DNA of 64,000 nt from IMG/VR virus record IMGVR_UViG_3300034117_001582, positions 62,001-126,000 of that record; one strand, written 5' to 3'. Position numbers and translations under genes: made by a program. Positions 50,125 through 60,110 of this stretch are shown here, piece by piece (position 1 is the first letter of the stretch; each line of letters opens with the position of its first letter). The notes under the pieces are model-generated. The model searched no databases. It was given only the letters and a program-made list of their open reading frames with translations, and was not told the origin of the DNA.

Positions 50125-50274
50125 ATGAAAAAAATAAAAAACTTAAAAATATCGGAAGAAAGTCACGAACTATTAAAAAAGTATTGTGAAGATAACGGAC
50201 TTAAAATGTATAAGTTTTTAGAAAATCTTATTAAAAAAAATTGTGAGAAGAAAAAAGACCTATACGGAGAATAA
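50125..50274 (+). CDS. 49-aa ribbon-helix-helix-like DNA-binding protein (not in the ORF track)
   Basis: MKKIKNLKISEESHELLKKYCEDNGLKMYKFLENLIKKNCEKKKDLYGE*: an alternating beta strand, helix, G turn and helix. It has its own TATTTAT at 50067-50073. Confidence 0.65.
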   Translation: MKKIKNLKISEESHELLKKYCEDNGLKMYKFLENLIKKNCEKKKDLYGE

Positions 50275-51504
50275 TTAAACCAAGTATGCGGTTGTTTTTA
50301 TTGTTGAAGTTTTTGTGTTATCATTTTTATACACCGTTACCGATAAAGTGTCACCATCATTTATTTGTATCAATTCTAAATCATCTCCAACGTAGTTACC
50401 ATTAATATAAACCGAATACCCTGTGGCACAAGATAAACCAGTGTTGTACGTGGCACCTGTCACATTTGAAAAAGACGGTACGGTACCTCCTTTAACACAT
50501 ATCGTGTTTGTATTACCTGTTGTTAATGCGGATGTTACTACGGTACCAGAACAATTAGTATAAGTTAAATTTGTATTTGTAATTGCGGTGTAAGTCGCAT
50601 TATAACAATTGGTTAGGTTTTGTTGTTCAGTAACTTTTAAATCTGCAGTATACCTAAAAACCTCACTTAATTGTGTTACTCCACTAACAAAAGTTAAATC
50701 TAAATCAAAACTATTTGGTCTTGGTGGTTGTGGTGTAACTTTTCTTCCTCTTGTTTTTGTGTCCACTTCAAACATAGTTACCTGTCTTGTAATTGCCGGT
50801 GAAATTTGAAACTCTTCTTCATCAATTAATAAACCTTTCATGACAAAAGTATAATTTGCAATATAATATTTTCTTTTTTCTAAATCTTTTGCTGATTCAT
50901 CAGCAACACTATCCAAAGTTATTGGAATAAAGTGCCCTTTAATTTGTGTATACGCCTGTTTTGATGTAAAAGTCTGCATAACAATCTTATTGAACTCATT
51001 TAACTCTCTCATTCTATTACAGAATAATTTTATATTAAATGTTATATCAACGGGAATTGGTTGTGGTATTTTATAAACATCAGCACCTTTTCTTTGTCCG
51101 TCCCATGTTGGTACGGTATAATAAAAGAATTGTCTTCTATTAGGTATATTTGCAGCACCTCCTTGAAATGTTCCATATTTAACTTCTGGCATTCTTACCG
51201 TCGCAATAAAGGGTAATGAAACATTACTATCTAAATCTTGAAAATTCCAAGACTCAACAAATTGTGACCAGTTTTGGTTTGTTATTATTTTATCTATTGT
51301 TGGTACCGTTTTTTCATCTACAACTAATAGTAGAGTATCTTTAACAAAATCTAACATACCCCTATCTAAATCTGCATGTAAAACACCTTTAGGTAAAAAA
51401 GTGCCATGTTCGGTTATATCATCCAACATCTGTTGTCTTCTTTCTCGACCAACCTTTTCAGGTGTTAACGGTAAATAGTTTTTTATTTTTTTAGGTAATG
51501 CCAT
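50275..51504 (-). CDS. tail terminator / sheath stabiliser (T4 gp15-like) with a C-terminal extension
   Basis: VSLPFIATVR, KIPQPIPVDITFNIKLF and a position between the neck and sheath genes. Confidence 0.6.
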   Translation of the reverse strand: MALPKKIKNYLPLTPEKVGRERRQQMLDDITEHGTFLPKGVLHADLDRGMLDFVKDTLLLVVDEKTVPTIDKIITNQNWSQFVESWNFQDLDSNVSLPFIATVRMPEVKYGTFQGGAANIPNRRQFFYYTVPTWDGQRKGADVYKIPQPIPVDITFNIKLFCNRMRELNEFNKIVMQTFTSKQAYTQIKGHFIPITLDSVADESAKDLEKRKYYIANYTFVMKGLLIDEEEFQISPAITRQVTMFEVDTKTRGRKVTPQPPRPNSFDLDLTFVSGVTQLSEVFRYTADLKVTEQQNLTNCYNATYTAITNTNLTYTNCSGTVVTSALTTGNTNTICVKGGTVPSFSNVTGATYNTGLSCATGYSVYINGNYVGDDLELIQINDGDTLSVTVYKNDNTKTSTIKTTAYLV

Positions 51505-51506
51505 AC

Positions 51507-52022
51507 TTATATTCCTCTAAATTCATTGTCGTTGACAGGTGCTCCAATAATAGAACGATAAAATGGTTTATAACCACCATATGTGTGTTTATTATCCGAT
51601 ACTACACGACCATCATTTACTACACTATAATATCTAACTCTTGTTTCCGTTTCATAATAACCAATATAATCACCATAGGAAATTTGAATCCCCAATTCAT
51701 CCAATTGTTTTTGGTAAACACCAACTTTAATGTTTCCTGGTTCTGTTTGTGAAATTTTAGATGCACCATAATCAGCATTAGCCGGTTGTTCAATTTGAAC
51801 ATATCCTTTAAATTCGACGGGAGCCAAAAATTGTATACCATCTTCTAACGCTTCACCATAAACATCATCATTAACGGTTCTTTGTCTATCTACACGATAT
51901 AAAACTAAAGTGAAGTTCATATCCCCACCTAACCATTCGTCACCCATAGAAATGTCCAAATCAAAATCTTGTTCTGAAAAAAACTTACCTAAACGAGTAA
52001 TTGGAACTTTATTATCTGCCAT
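51507..52022 (-). CDS. head-tail connector (T4 gp14-like)
   Basis: LVLYRVD..RT..DDVYGEA and I.YGDYIGY; lies upstream of the terminator and sheath genes. Confidence 0.55.
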   Translation of the reverse strand: MADNKVPITRLGKFFSEQDFDLDISMGDEWLGGDMNFTLVLYRVDRQRTVNDDVYGEALEDGIQFLAPVEFKGYVQIEQPANADYGASKISQTEPGNIKVGVYQKQLDELGIQISYGDYIGYYETETRVRYYSVVNDGRVVSDNKHTYGGYKPFYRSIIGAPVNDNEFRGI

Positions 52023-52077
52023 ACCTATAAATACTTTGATTGATTTTTTCTTTTATTTTATTATTATTTATATAATA

Positions 52078-53841
52078 ATGGAAGATGTCGTATCAAAAAC
52101 ACCTGAGTCCAAAGCCCTTTTAATTTTAGACAATTATGTAGGGTCAAATAACTACATCCTAAATTTAAAACACAAAAAACAAAATAGCAAGTCTTTTATC
52201 CCCACAAGACCACAATCCGACTATATTATTAATTATCATGAGGTACAACCAAAAGTTGCCAAAAAATGGGTTAAGTTAGATTCATACTTTGGCAAAAAGT
52301 TAATGGAAGATAAGATGTACACCAAAGAACCAAAAGAAATTTATGTTGAAAAACTTTTGGTAGAAAAAGATAAATCTTATCACATTTGGGGTAAAATATT
52401 CTCAGGGGACACAACTTATGATTTTTGGATGCCAAAATCAGCAATCATTAAAGATAACGAAGTAAAAAATATTGTTATCGATTATAGTAAGTACCAACAT
52501 AGAATGCCAATGACACACCAACTTGAGGCGATTGAAAAGTTAGTTGGGAACAAAAAGTTTATTTTGGCTGATGATATGGGGTTAGGCAAAACAACCGCAA
52601 CAATTATTGCAGCATTAGAAACGGGAGCAAAAAAAATATTGATTGTTTGTCCCGCATCTTTAAAAATTAATTGGCAACGTGAAATTGAAAATTATTCAGA
52701 TAGACCTGTTTATATTGCAGAAGGTAAGAAATTTTCAGATAAACATGATTTTGTTATTATTAATTACGACATTTTAAAAAATTTCCACGATATTAAAAAA
52801 AAAGATGACTCAACTATTTTAAAATCAAAGTTTGACCTTGTTATTATGGATGAGGCACATATGATTTCAAATCCACAAGCAAATAGAACTAAGATTGTAA
52901 ATGATATCATATCCAAAATAGAAAGAGTTTGGTTATTATCGGGAACGCCAATGACATCAAGACCAATGAATTATTATAACTTATTAAATATCGTTGAAAG
53001 TCCTGTTGCCGCAAATTGGATGGCTTATGCCATAAGATATTGTAATGGGTTTCAATTTAATGTTGGTAGAAGAAAGATTTGGAATGTTCAAGGAGCAACA
53101 AACTTGGACGAACTAAGAGAACGAACTCAAACACACATTCTTAGAAGATTAAAAGAAGAGGTATTAGATTTACCTGAAAAAATAATAACACCTGTTTATT
53201 TAAGGTTGGCATCTAAAGACTATGAAGAGCTCATGGGTGAATACTATGATTGGTACGAACAAAACCCCGAAGAATCTAATTCATTAACAATTCAATTTGG
53301 TAAGTTAATGAAAGTTAGAAAAGTAATCGCACAAGAAAAAGTTAATAATACTATTGAGTTAGCGGAAAACATTATTGAACAAGGTAAGAAAGTTATTATT
53401 TTTACAAACTTTACAGATACTCTACAACAAATTTATCAACATTTTGGAAAATCTGCAGTTTATTTGGATGGTAGTTGTTCAAAACCTCATCGTCAAAACT
53501 CGGTGGATGAGTTCCAAACAAATGACAAAATAATGGTGTTTGTTGGTAATCTAAAAGCTGCGGGGGTTGGTTTAACATTAACGGCAGCCGAAGCCGTGAT
53601 TATGAATGACCTATCATTTGTACCTGCAGAACATGCCCAAGCAGAAGACCGTTCACATAGAATTGGACAAAAAAATTCAACTTCAGTTTATTATCCTTTG
53701 TTTGAAAACACAATTGAAGGGGCCATTTATGATATACTAAATAGAAAGAAAAAAATCATATCAACCGTTATGGGTGATGATATGATGGATGACGCATCAA
53801 CAATTGAGGAAATGTTAAAATTAATTTCTAAAGGTAGATGA
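52078..53841 (+). CDS. SNF2-family (SMARCAL1/HARP-like) helicase
   Basis: LADDMGLGKT, DEAH, LSGTP, ILRRLKEEV, AAGVGLTLT and QAEDRSHRIGQ. The start is placed at ATG 52078, just after TATTTAT. Confidence 0.93.
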   Translation: MEDVVSKTPESKALLILDNYVGSNNYILNLKHKKQNSKSFIPTRPQSDYIINYHEVQPKVAKKWVKLDSYFGKKLMEDKMYTKEPKEIYVEKLLVEKDKSYHIWGKIFSGDTTYDFWMPKSAIIKDNEVKNIVIDYSKYQHRMPMTHQLEAIEKLVGNKKFILADDMGLGKTTATIIAALETGAKKILIVCPASLKINWQREIENYSDRPVYIAEGKKFSDKHDFVIINYDILKNFHDIKKKDDSTILKSKFDLVIMDEAHMISNPQANRTKIVNDIISKIERVWLLSGTPMTSRPMNYYNLLNIVESPVAANWMAYAIRYCNGFQFNVGRRKIWNVQGATNLDELRERTQTHILRRLKEEVLDLPEKIITPVYLRLASKDYEELMGEYYDWYEQNPEESNSLTIQFGKLMKVRKVIAQEKVNNTIELAENIIEQGKKVIIFTNFTDTLQQIYQHFGKSAVYLDGSCSKPHRQNSVDEFQTNDKIMVFVGNLKAAGVGLTLTAAEAVIMNDLSFVPAEHAQAEDRSHRIGQKNSTSVYYPLFENTIEGAIYDILNRKKKIISTVMGDDMMDDASTIEEMLKLISKGR

Positions 53842-53853
53842 TATTTATATGTT

Positions 53854-54588
53854 ATGGAAGTTAAATATGTAGGGGGCAAACCAACAAAACACAAGTCTTT
53901 TCAAGAAAGAATTAATTCAATAGAACTTAAATTAAACCTTGAGTCAACATCCAAAAAAAATATTATAAGTGAGATTAAAAAAATAAGTATAGATAAACTA
54001 CCTTATGAATACGATTCGTTAAGTAGTTTTATTGATAGTGAAACTATGGAAACTCACTACAAAAAACACTACAAGACGTATGTTGAAAAATTAAATGTTG
54101 AATTAGAAAAGGTTAAAGGTCCTGATTTGGAATTGGAAGAAATAATTGAAAAAATTTCAAAATTCAATCAGGTTGTTAAAAATAATGGTGGTGGGGCTTT
54201 TAATCACGCATTATTTTGGAAAATGATGTCACCAAAAAAACAAACACTAAAGGATCCGTTACTTTCAAAAATAAAAAAAGAATTTGGGTCTTTTGAAAAA
54301 TTTAAAGAAAAATTTGAAGAAGAAGGTAAATTAAGATTTGGTTCAGGATGGGTTTGGTTAATTTTAACTAAAAATAATAGATTAAAAATTATAACAACAG
54401 CAAACCAAGATAACCCATTAATGAATACAGAAAAAGAAAATGGATATCCATTATTAGGTTTGGATGTATGGGAACACGCATACTATCTTAAATATAAAAA
54501 CAAAAGAGACGAATACATTAGAAATTTTTGGAAAGTCGTTAATTGGGACTTTGTTACTGAAACATTTGTTTCCCAATCCAAAAAATAA
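53854..54588 (+). CDS. sodA: superoxide dismutase, Mn-type signature, with a ~40-aa N-terminal extension
   Basis: LPYEY, H...[30 protein letters not shown] and DVWEHAYY. Confidence 0.93.
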   Translation: MEVKYVGGKPTKHKSFQERINSIELKLNLESTSKKNIISEIKKISIDKLPYEYDSLSSFIDSETMETHYKKHYKTYVEKLNVELEKVKGPDLELEEIIEKISKFNQVVKNNGGGAFNHALFWKMMSPKKQTLKDPLLSKIKKEFGSFEKFKEKFEEEGKLRFGSGWVWLILTKNNRLKIITTANQDNPLMNTEKENGYPLLGLDVWEHAYYLKYKNKRDEYIRNFWKVVNWDFVTETFVSQSKK

Positions 54589-54631
54589 TTAATCCTTTTT
54601 AATTAGCAGATATTTATATATAAAATATCTT

Positions 54632-55750
54632 ATGTCTATTGTAATTATCAACGAACCAGAGAGAAGTAAATTATATAAAAGAATACGAAATCTTTTAGGC
54701 GCCCCTTTACGTAGTGTTGAATTGGAAGATGAAATGCTTGACTCATTATTAGAATTATCTATTGAGGATTATGAACAACATGTGCAAGATTGGTTAATTG
54801 AATCTCAATGGACTTCAGTATATGGTTTAAATCTTGATGAACAATCAATTACAAGAGCATTAACTACTCGTAGTATGGATTGGGAAACACAATACACATA
54901 TGCATATTCTAAAATTGTAGGACTACAAGCCGGTGGTGATTCGGTATTGAAAAAAGATTATATTGAATTAGTCGATAACCAACAAATTTATGAAATACCT
55001 GCAGGTAGAGAACTAAATGAACTTCTTTGGTTTTCTCGTTCAGAATTAGATGCGGCTTACTTCGATCCATTAATGGGTGGATTTGGTGGTATGGGTGGTA
55101 TTGGTTTAGGTGGTGGTGCCGGTTTTTCACAAATGGGCACATCGGGTAATTATTTTGTTACCCCCGCATTTGATATATTATTAAGAATGTCAGACATTAG
55201 TATTAAAAGAAGAATTATTACCGGCGATTTAACATATAGAGTTACGGCATTACCTGAAGGAAAAAAAGCAATTCACTTAATGAACGTTCCTGGAGGTAAA
55301 TTTGATTTTGGTAATATGAGACGACATCGTAATAGAGTTTGGTATTGGTATTATGATACTTTTGATAGAGAAGATTGTTTATCAAAAAATCCTGATGTTG
55401 TTAGGTTACCTTCGGACATACCATTAGATAAATTAAGATGGGATAAACTTAATTCCCCCGCACAAACTTGGGTTAGAAGATGGTTTACAGCATATTGTAA
55501 AGAAACTTTAAGTAGAGTTAGAGGTAAGTTTAGTGGTAATCTTAAAACTCCTGATTCTGAGTTAACATTGGACTATACTTCTTTGGCGACTGAAGCAAAA
55601 GATGAAAAAACAATGTTATGGGAAGAACTTAAAACTAGGTTAGAAAGGTTAAGACCAGAAAAAATGATGGAACAAAAGGCTTTACAAGCTGAAAATTTAA
55701 ACAAATTATTAAAGTTCAGAGCCTTCCAAAGCCCATACACCGTAATTTAA
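54632..55750 (+). CDS. neck / head completion protein (T4 gp13-like)
   Basis: LLGAPLRSVELED...L..SIEDY and WVRRW..AYCKETLSRVRGKF...LTLDY..L.TEA. Confidence 0.8.
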   Translation: MSIVIINEPERSKLYKRIRNLLGAPLRSVELEDEMLDSLLELSIEDYEQHVQDWLIESQWTSVYGLNLDEQSITRALTTRSMDWETQYTYAYSKIVGLQAGGDSVLKKDYIELVDNQQIYEIPAGRELNELLWFSRSELDAAYFDPLMGGFGGMGGIGLGGGAGFSQMGTSGNYFVTPAFDILLRMSDISIKRRIITGDLTYRVTALPEGKKAIHLMNVPGGKFDFGNMRRHRNRVWYWYYDTFDREDCLSKNPDVVRLPSDIPLDKLRWDKLNSPAQTWVRRWFTAYCKETLSRVRGKFSGNLKTPDSELTLDYTSLATEAKDEKTMLWEELKTRLERLRPEKMMEQKALQAENLNKLLKFRAFQSPYTVI

Positions 55751-55754
55751 TTTT

Positions 55755-56087
55755 ATGCCAATATTTAAATCCTTACCCTCTAAAAGAATCATTAACGGTT
55801 ATGAGATAATTACGTCTGATAATGCCATCGTTACCGATAAATCATACTCAACAAATGGAGAGTCAACAATTGTTATAAAAACTGTTGATGTTTGTGATTT
55901 ATTTTTAAATTCAAAGACTACCGACCATATCGTAATAAAAGCATTAACAAGAGTTAACGTTAAGGCTGACTCACTCATTGACGAAGAATTTGATGAAATT
56001 GAATTAGATAAAGGTGCTTGTGTTGAATTTAAAAAAATCGGAGACTTTTGGTATATTTTATCTTCAGATGGTATGAAAAACTCTTAG
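55755..56087 (+). CDS. small beta-rich hypothetical protein
   Basis: 110-aa ORF ending WYILSSDG, resembling short fibre-like modules. Confidence 0.55.
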   Translation: MPIFKSLPSKRIINGYEIITSDNAIVTDKSYSTNGESTIVIKTVDVCDLFLNSKTTDHIVIKALTRVNVKADSLIDEEFDEIELDKGACVEFKKIGDFWYILSSDGMKNS

Positions 56088-58909
56088 TCAAAACTAAGGG
56101 ACATTAAATCTCCATCAACATCAAATTCATATAATTCTTCAGAATCCACTTTAATATTTTTATTAACCACCTCTAACATTAATTTTCTGTTACTTTCAAC
56201 AGAATCAGTATTAACCATAGATAAAGTATCATCAATATACATATAGTAAGGGTCGATACCCACACTTTGCCAAAACGATATTTCAGTATCAGATAATGTT
56301 AATACCTCCTCAAGGGTATCTTGGTGAAACTCTTTCATTGGGTATCCTCTAACAAGTTCCGTTTGTGATTTTGTAAAAATAGGTTGGTCTTTAGGGTCTT
56401 CAATTAAAATATCTTCTCTAATTTCAGGACTATAAACAACTAACAAGGGCTCAATTCTTTTATTAAATGCCGCCAAATATCTTGGTACGTTATACTCACC
56501 TAACAAATCAGGATTCATTTCAATTTCCCTCTCATCAATCATATAACAATTTAACACCAAAGAATCTTTTCTTTTTTGAACATCTCCGTGTGATTTTCTT
56601 TCTCCGTTGTTAACATAAAAAATGGTATCTCCAAGTCCCGGACTTTTATTTGCTTGTAATAATAATTCCATATGTGCTTGTCGTGACATCATACTTCCAG
56701 ACTTTGTTGTCTTTGTGATGTGAACTTTGTAGTCCTCTAAGGATTGTTTAACACGAGCCTTGTTTGCGATTTTAGATAATGGAATTTCTTTGTAAAAGAT
56801 TTTATTTACATACTCATAATAAAAATCTAAAAATTCAGAACCCTTACCATCAAGCAACATCCTAAGACCCTTGTCTAAAAATTCTGCAACATATGTTTGT
56901 AATTTTTTAGATTTAATTGAATTACCTGTTAATTTTACTTTTCCTTTATCGGTAAGAAGCGCGTAGTTTTTACGAGCAACATTAATCGTTGCTGGCCATA
57001 CCCCATCAATATCAAGACCCATTTCATTTCTCATAAATAAATCATTATACTCTGCAACATCGGCTTCCGAACCAACATATTCTTTACCCTCCTTAACTAA
57101 CCCATTAAGGCCTTTACCGATATATTTGTATTCGACGCGTTCTTGAGGTGTTTCAAAGTTAACCCCATCCGTATCCATTACTAATGGAACGTAACCTCTT
57201 TTCATAAAGTACATAATCATCTGTCGAAGGTATTGTCTACCCGTACAGGTAATTTGTTCACCCATATCAATATCTCCCCATGGAAATACGTGAGGAGCCG
57301 ATAATGAACCAAAGAACGCGTTAATAAAGATTTTAATTGGTAATTGTTTTCTATCGTATGAAATTGCAAGTTTAGGGTCAGACGTTTTAAATTCACCCGC
57401 TAAGTTCTTATACATGATACGAGTATCTCTAAAATACTTTAACATGCTCTTCATTGCTCCTGTAACATCACATTTAGGAAATACATCGTGAACTAACTGA
57501 ATAGATGGGTATAGTGAAGAGTAGTCAAGTTTCAATACGTTTCTTGAGTACCCAACTTGAACCAAACGTGATAATCCACCCGTAAACTTTCTTTTCTCTA
57601 ATTTTTTAGGTATTGCTAATTTATGTTTGTATGACCATGAACACATAATCATTTTCCATAAAGTTGCAGTACCCATCGTTGAAAGTCTTTCATACGTGGT
57701 TGGTACAAGTTTGGACAATAAAAAGTTTGCTTGATTAAATTGCTCATCAACCACCATCGTCTCATAAAGGTCATCGTCCAAGTATCGTTCAATAATATTG
57801 GAACCTTTTACTTCTAAAAACTTACCAGGGAATCTTTCCATAAGATTTTCTGTTCCTGGCATACCAACCTTTTTAAACCCACCACTTTCAGGATTTAAAT
57901 AATAATCTTCATTATCGAAATATATTTTACCAATCTTATCCCCTTCCACATAAACACGACTTGTCTTTTCTGCCTCAATAAACTTGGTAATATATTTCAA
58001 AGACCAACTCTTAATGTCTGAGTTAATCGCTTGCGCTCTACGAACCGCATGAGCAATATCTACAATATTATATCCCCACATTTGAGTTTGAACATAAGGT
58101 TCCATTTCATTTGCCAACTTTAAGATACCGTCTTTTTGTTTTAACGAATAATCGGGATGTAAGGTCTTTGATATTTTTTTAATATTTAAGTTTAATAATT
58201 CAGCTCTTTTTAAAATGTAAGGAAAGTCAAAGAATGCTGAGTTGTAACCCCCAATTAGTGATGGCTTTAACTCATCAATTGTTCTAAAGAATTCAACAAT
58301 CATTTGTCTTTCTTCATCTTCATTTTGTGCAGATAACAATTTTAGAAAACCACGATTATCTCTCATCCCAATTAAGAACATTTTACTGGTCTTAGGGTCT
58401 AACCCCGTGGTCTCAATATCGAATACAAATCTGTGAATATCATCGTATTCGTCAAACCCTTTAAATAGTCTTTTACTTTTTTGAATTAAATATTGTTCAA
58501 CAGGAGAAAGTATGGTTATACAATCTGAGTTATCTCGACCCCACGGATCAAGACCACCACCTTTAAAAAAGTTTATAAGGTTGGAATACGTCTTTGTTGT
58601 TTTAACCAAATAGGTTAATCCTTGTTGTAGTCGTTCGTCTCCGTGGTCTTCTAATTTTTCAATAAGAATTCCATTTTCACTCATCGCACGTTTTTGTGCG
58701 TGTTTGTCGTTCTTGTAAAAGTTTTTACCCTTCAAGTCACCAACCCAAGCAAACGGAATGAATGTGTCAGGACGTAACATTTTTCCCTTAACGGGGTCCT
58801 GAATAACTTTATATATTTTTGAGGTTTTATAATCGTATTCGAGTGAAACGATATATTTTTCATCATCTTCTCCTAAAAGAAAACGTTCAATTTCTTCTTG
58901 TGGTACCAT
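56084..58909 (-). CDS. polB: family B DNA polymerase
   Basis: Exo I FDIETTG, Exo II GYNSAFFDFPYI, motif A LDYSSLYPSI, motif B KIFINAFFG and motif C MDTDG. Confidence 0.95.
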   Translation of the reverse strand: MVPQEEIERFLLGEDDEKYIVSLEYDYKTSKIYKVIQDPVKGKMLRPDTFIPFAWVGDLKGKNFYKNDKHAQKRAMSENGILIEKLEDHGDERLQQGLTYLVKTTKTYSNLINFFKGGGLDPWGRDNSDCITILSPVEQYLIQKSKRLFKGFDEYDDIHRFVFDIETTGLDPKTSKMFLIGMRDNRGFLKLLSAQNEDEERQMIVEFFRTIDELKPSLIGGYNSAFFDFPYILKRAELLNLNIKKISKTLHPDYSLKQKDGILKLANEMEPYVQTQMWGYNIVDIAHAVRRAQAINSDIKSWSLKYITKFIEAEKTSRVYVEGDKIGKIYFDNEDYYLNPESGGFKKVGMPGTENLMERFPGKFLEVKGSNIIERYLDDDLYETMVVDEQFNQANFLLSKLVPTTYERLSTMGTATLWKMIMCSWSYKHKLAIPKKLEKRKFTGGLSRLVQVGYSRNVLKLDYSSLYPSIQLVHDVFPKCDVTGAMKSMLKYFRDTRIMYKNLAGEFKTSDPKLAISYDRKQLPIKIFINAFFGSLSAPHVFPWGDIDMGEQITCTGRQYLRQMIMYFMKRGYVPLVMDTDGVNFETPQERVEYKYIGKGLNGLVKEGKEYVGSEADVAEYNDLFMRNEMGLDIDGVWPATINVARKNYALLTDKGKVKLTGNSIKSKKLQTYVAEFLDKGLRMLLDGKGSEFLDFYYEYVNKIFYKEIPLSKIANKARVKQSLEDYKVHITKTTKSGSMMSRQAHMELLLQANKSPGLGDTIFYVNNGERKSHGDVQKRKDSLVLNCYMIDEREIEMNPDLLGEYNVPRYLAAFNKRIEPLLVVYSPEIREDILIEDPKDQPIFTKSQTELVRGYPMKEFHQDTLEEVLTLSDTEISFWQSVGIDPYYMYIDDTLSMVNTDSVESNRKLMLEVVNKNIKVDSEELYEFDVDGDLMSLSFD

Positions 58910-58970
58910 ATTTATATTTTTTAGTTTTGGGTTATTATGCTCACAAATGATTTGTGATTTCCCTTACCTA

Positions 58971-59000
58971 ATAAATACGATTTATATAGTGAAATGTCAA
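58971..59000 (-). promoter_or_regulatory. putative promoter for the DNA polymerase
   Basis: Minus strand TTGACA (59000-58995), a 17-nt spacer, then TATTTAT (58977-58971). Confidence 0.5.
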
Positions 59001-59350
59001 ATGATATTGATATAAAGATTTTCTGCGATTGGGGATACTAACTCACCCTCTTCCAACTGAACTAAAAATTGACCTACGAACCTTCCTTTCTTATTTGTGT
59101 CTTTTTGTACCCATTTATAGTAGATATAATATTCTCTTGGTGAATCAAAATTTCTTCTATATTTTTCTGTAAGGTAGGCCTCTTTCATAAATATTTTTTG
59201 AATACCGTCATCCTCACAAACCATAGAAAATCTTAAAGTTGCATTATCTAAAATACTATAAAAATCTTTACCTGCGTCCGTTTTACCATCAAGAATCACA
59301 TCCATTTTAATTATTGGTAATGTTGAGTTTTGTTGTATAAAAAATTCCAT
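58997..59350 (-). CDS. BppU-like Ig-fold baseplate/fibre adaptor
   Basis: F.IQQNSTLP.I...ATLRFSM...YYKW...DT...GRF.GQF. Confidence 0.55.
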   Translation of the reverse strand: MEFFIQQNSTLPIIKMDVILDGKTDAGKDFYSILDNATLRFSMVCEDDGIQKIFMKEAYLTEKYRRNFDSPREYYIYYKWVQKDTNKKGRFVGQFLVQLEEGELVSPIAENLYINII

Positions 59351-59360
59351 TTAAATTAAT

Positions 59361-60086
59361 TTAATATATTCTTATTTCAACAGGTAAATTGGTAAAGTTT
59401 GGTGTACTTGATAAAACAAAAGTGGAAGGATAAATATATACTTGCATATAGTAGTTATTGCTAGGTCCTGATTTTGTTCCCATACATATATAAGGTACAC
59501 CATTAGCAAACATATTTTCCACGCTAATTAGAATATTTGAAGATGTAAAAGCACCAGTCTTAGTGGCTCTAATAACACCATTACTTGCAATACTCCACTC
59601 TATGTCATTTGGACTAAGATTAGTACCATCTCCTATTGTGTTTTCTAATTGAGTTACGGTAAATGTAGTGCCATTTAAACTAACCAACGCTTTATATATT
59701 GTGTAAGGTAATCCACTACTAAAACCACTAACGGAAACAGTTCCTCCTGTATTGTTTATTAATGTTAATGTGCCGGCCGAATACGTTCCACCTGTAAGAA
59801 AAGTGTCTTGTTTTGATACTCCAGTTATGTTAGAACCGTCACCATATAAAGTAGTACCACTTATTGTTGTTGCAGATATGGTACCATTAACCGTTAATCC
59901 TGTAAAATTATTAATATTTGTGGTTTTTACCCCTCCTGTTGGGTTTGTTATGGTCAATGTGTTTGATGAAAAGGTTAACGCGCTCACCCCCAAAGCTTGT
60001 AAATAATATAAATTATTATCCATTTCAATGGACGTAAGTTTTGCACCCTTATTATCTGGTGCGACAATTCTAGTAATTAATGGCAT
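59361..60086 (-). CDS. short tail-fibre-like protein
   Basis: N-terminal LITR....KGAKLTSIEMDNN anchor, ISATT...YGDGSNITG trimer-like segment and TGGTYSAGTLTL repeat. Confidence 0.6.
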   Translation of the reverse strand: MPLITRIVAPDNKGAKLTSIEMDNNLYYLQALGVSALTFSSNTLTITNPTGGVKTTNINNFTGLTVNGTISATTISGTTLYGDGSNITGVSKQDTFLTGGTYSAGTLTLINNTGGTVSVSGFSSGLPYTIYKALVSLNGTTFTVTQLENTIGDGTNLSPNDIEWSIASNGVIRATKTGAFTSSNILISVENMFANGVPYICMGTKSGPSNNYYMQVYIYPSTFVLSSTPNFTNLPVEIRIY

Positions 60087-60110
60087 GTTTTTATTATATA
60101 AATATAAAGT

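Noticed and set aside
51910-52077. N-terminal extension of the SNF2 ORF from the GTG at 51910
   Set aside because: It overlaps the divergent neck gene and the AT-rich intergenic region; ATG 52078 follows TATTTAT and is the better start.
20249-58909. Inteins or introns in NrdJ, DnaB, RecA, SNF2 or PolB
   Set aside because: Lengths and motif spacing are normal, and no intein splice-junction or LAGLIDADG/HNH motifs were seen.
58910-58970. preQ1-like riboswitch suggested by AAAACUAA in the polB leader
   Set aside because: The required P1 stem and loop sequence are absent; it was kept only as a generic hairpin.
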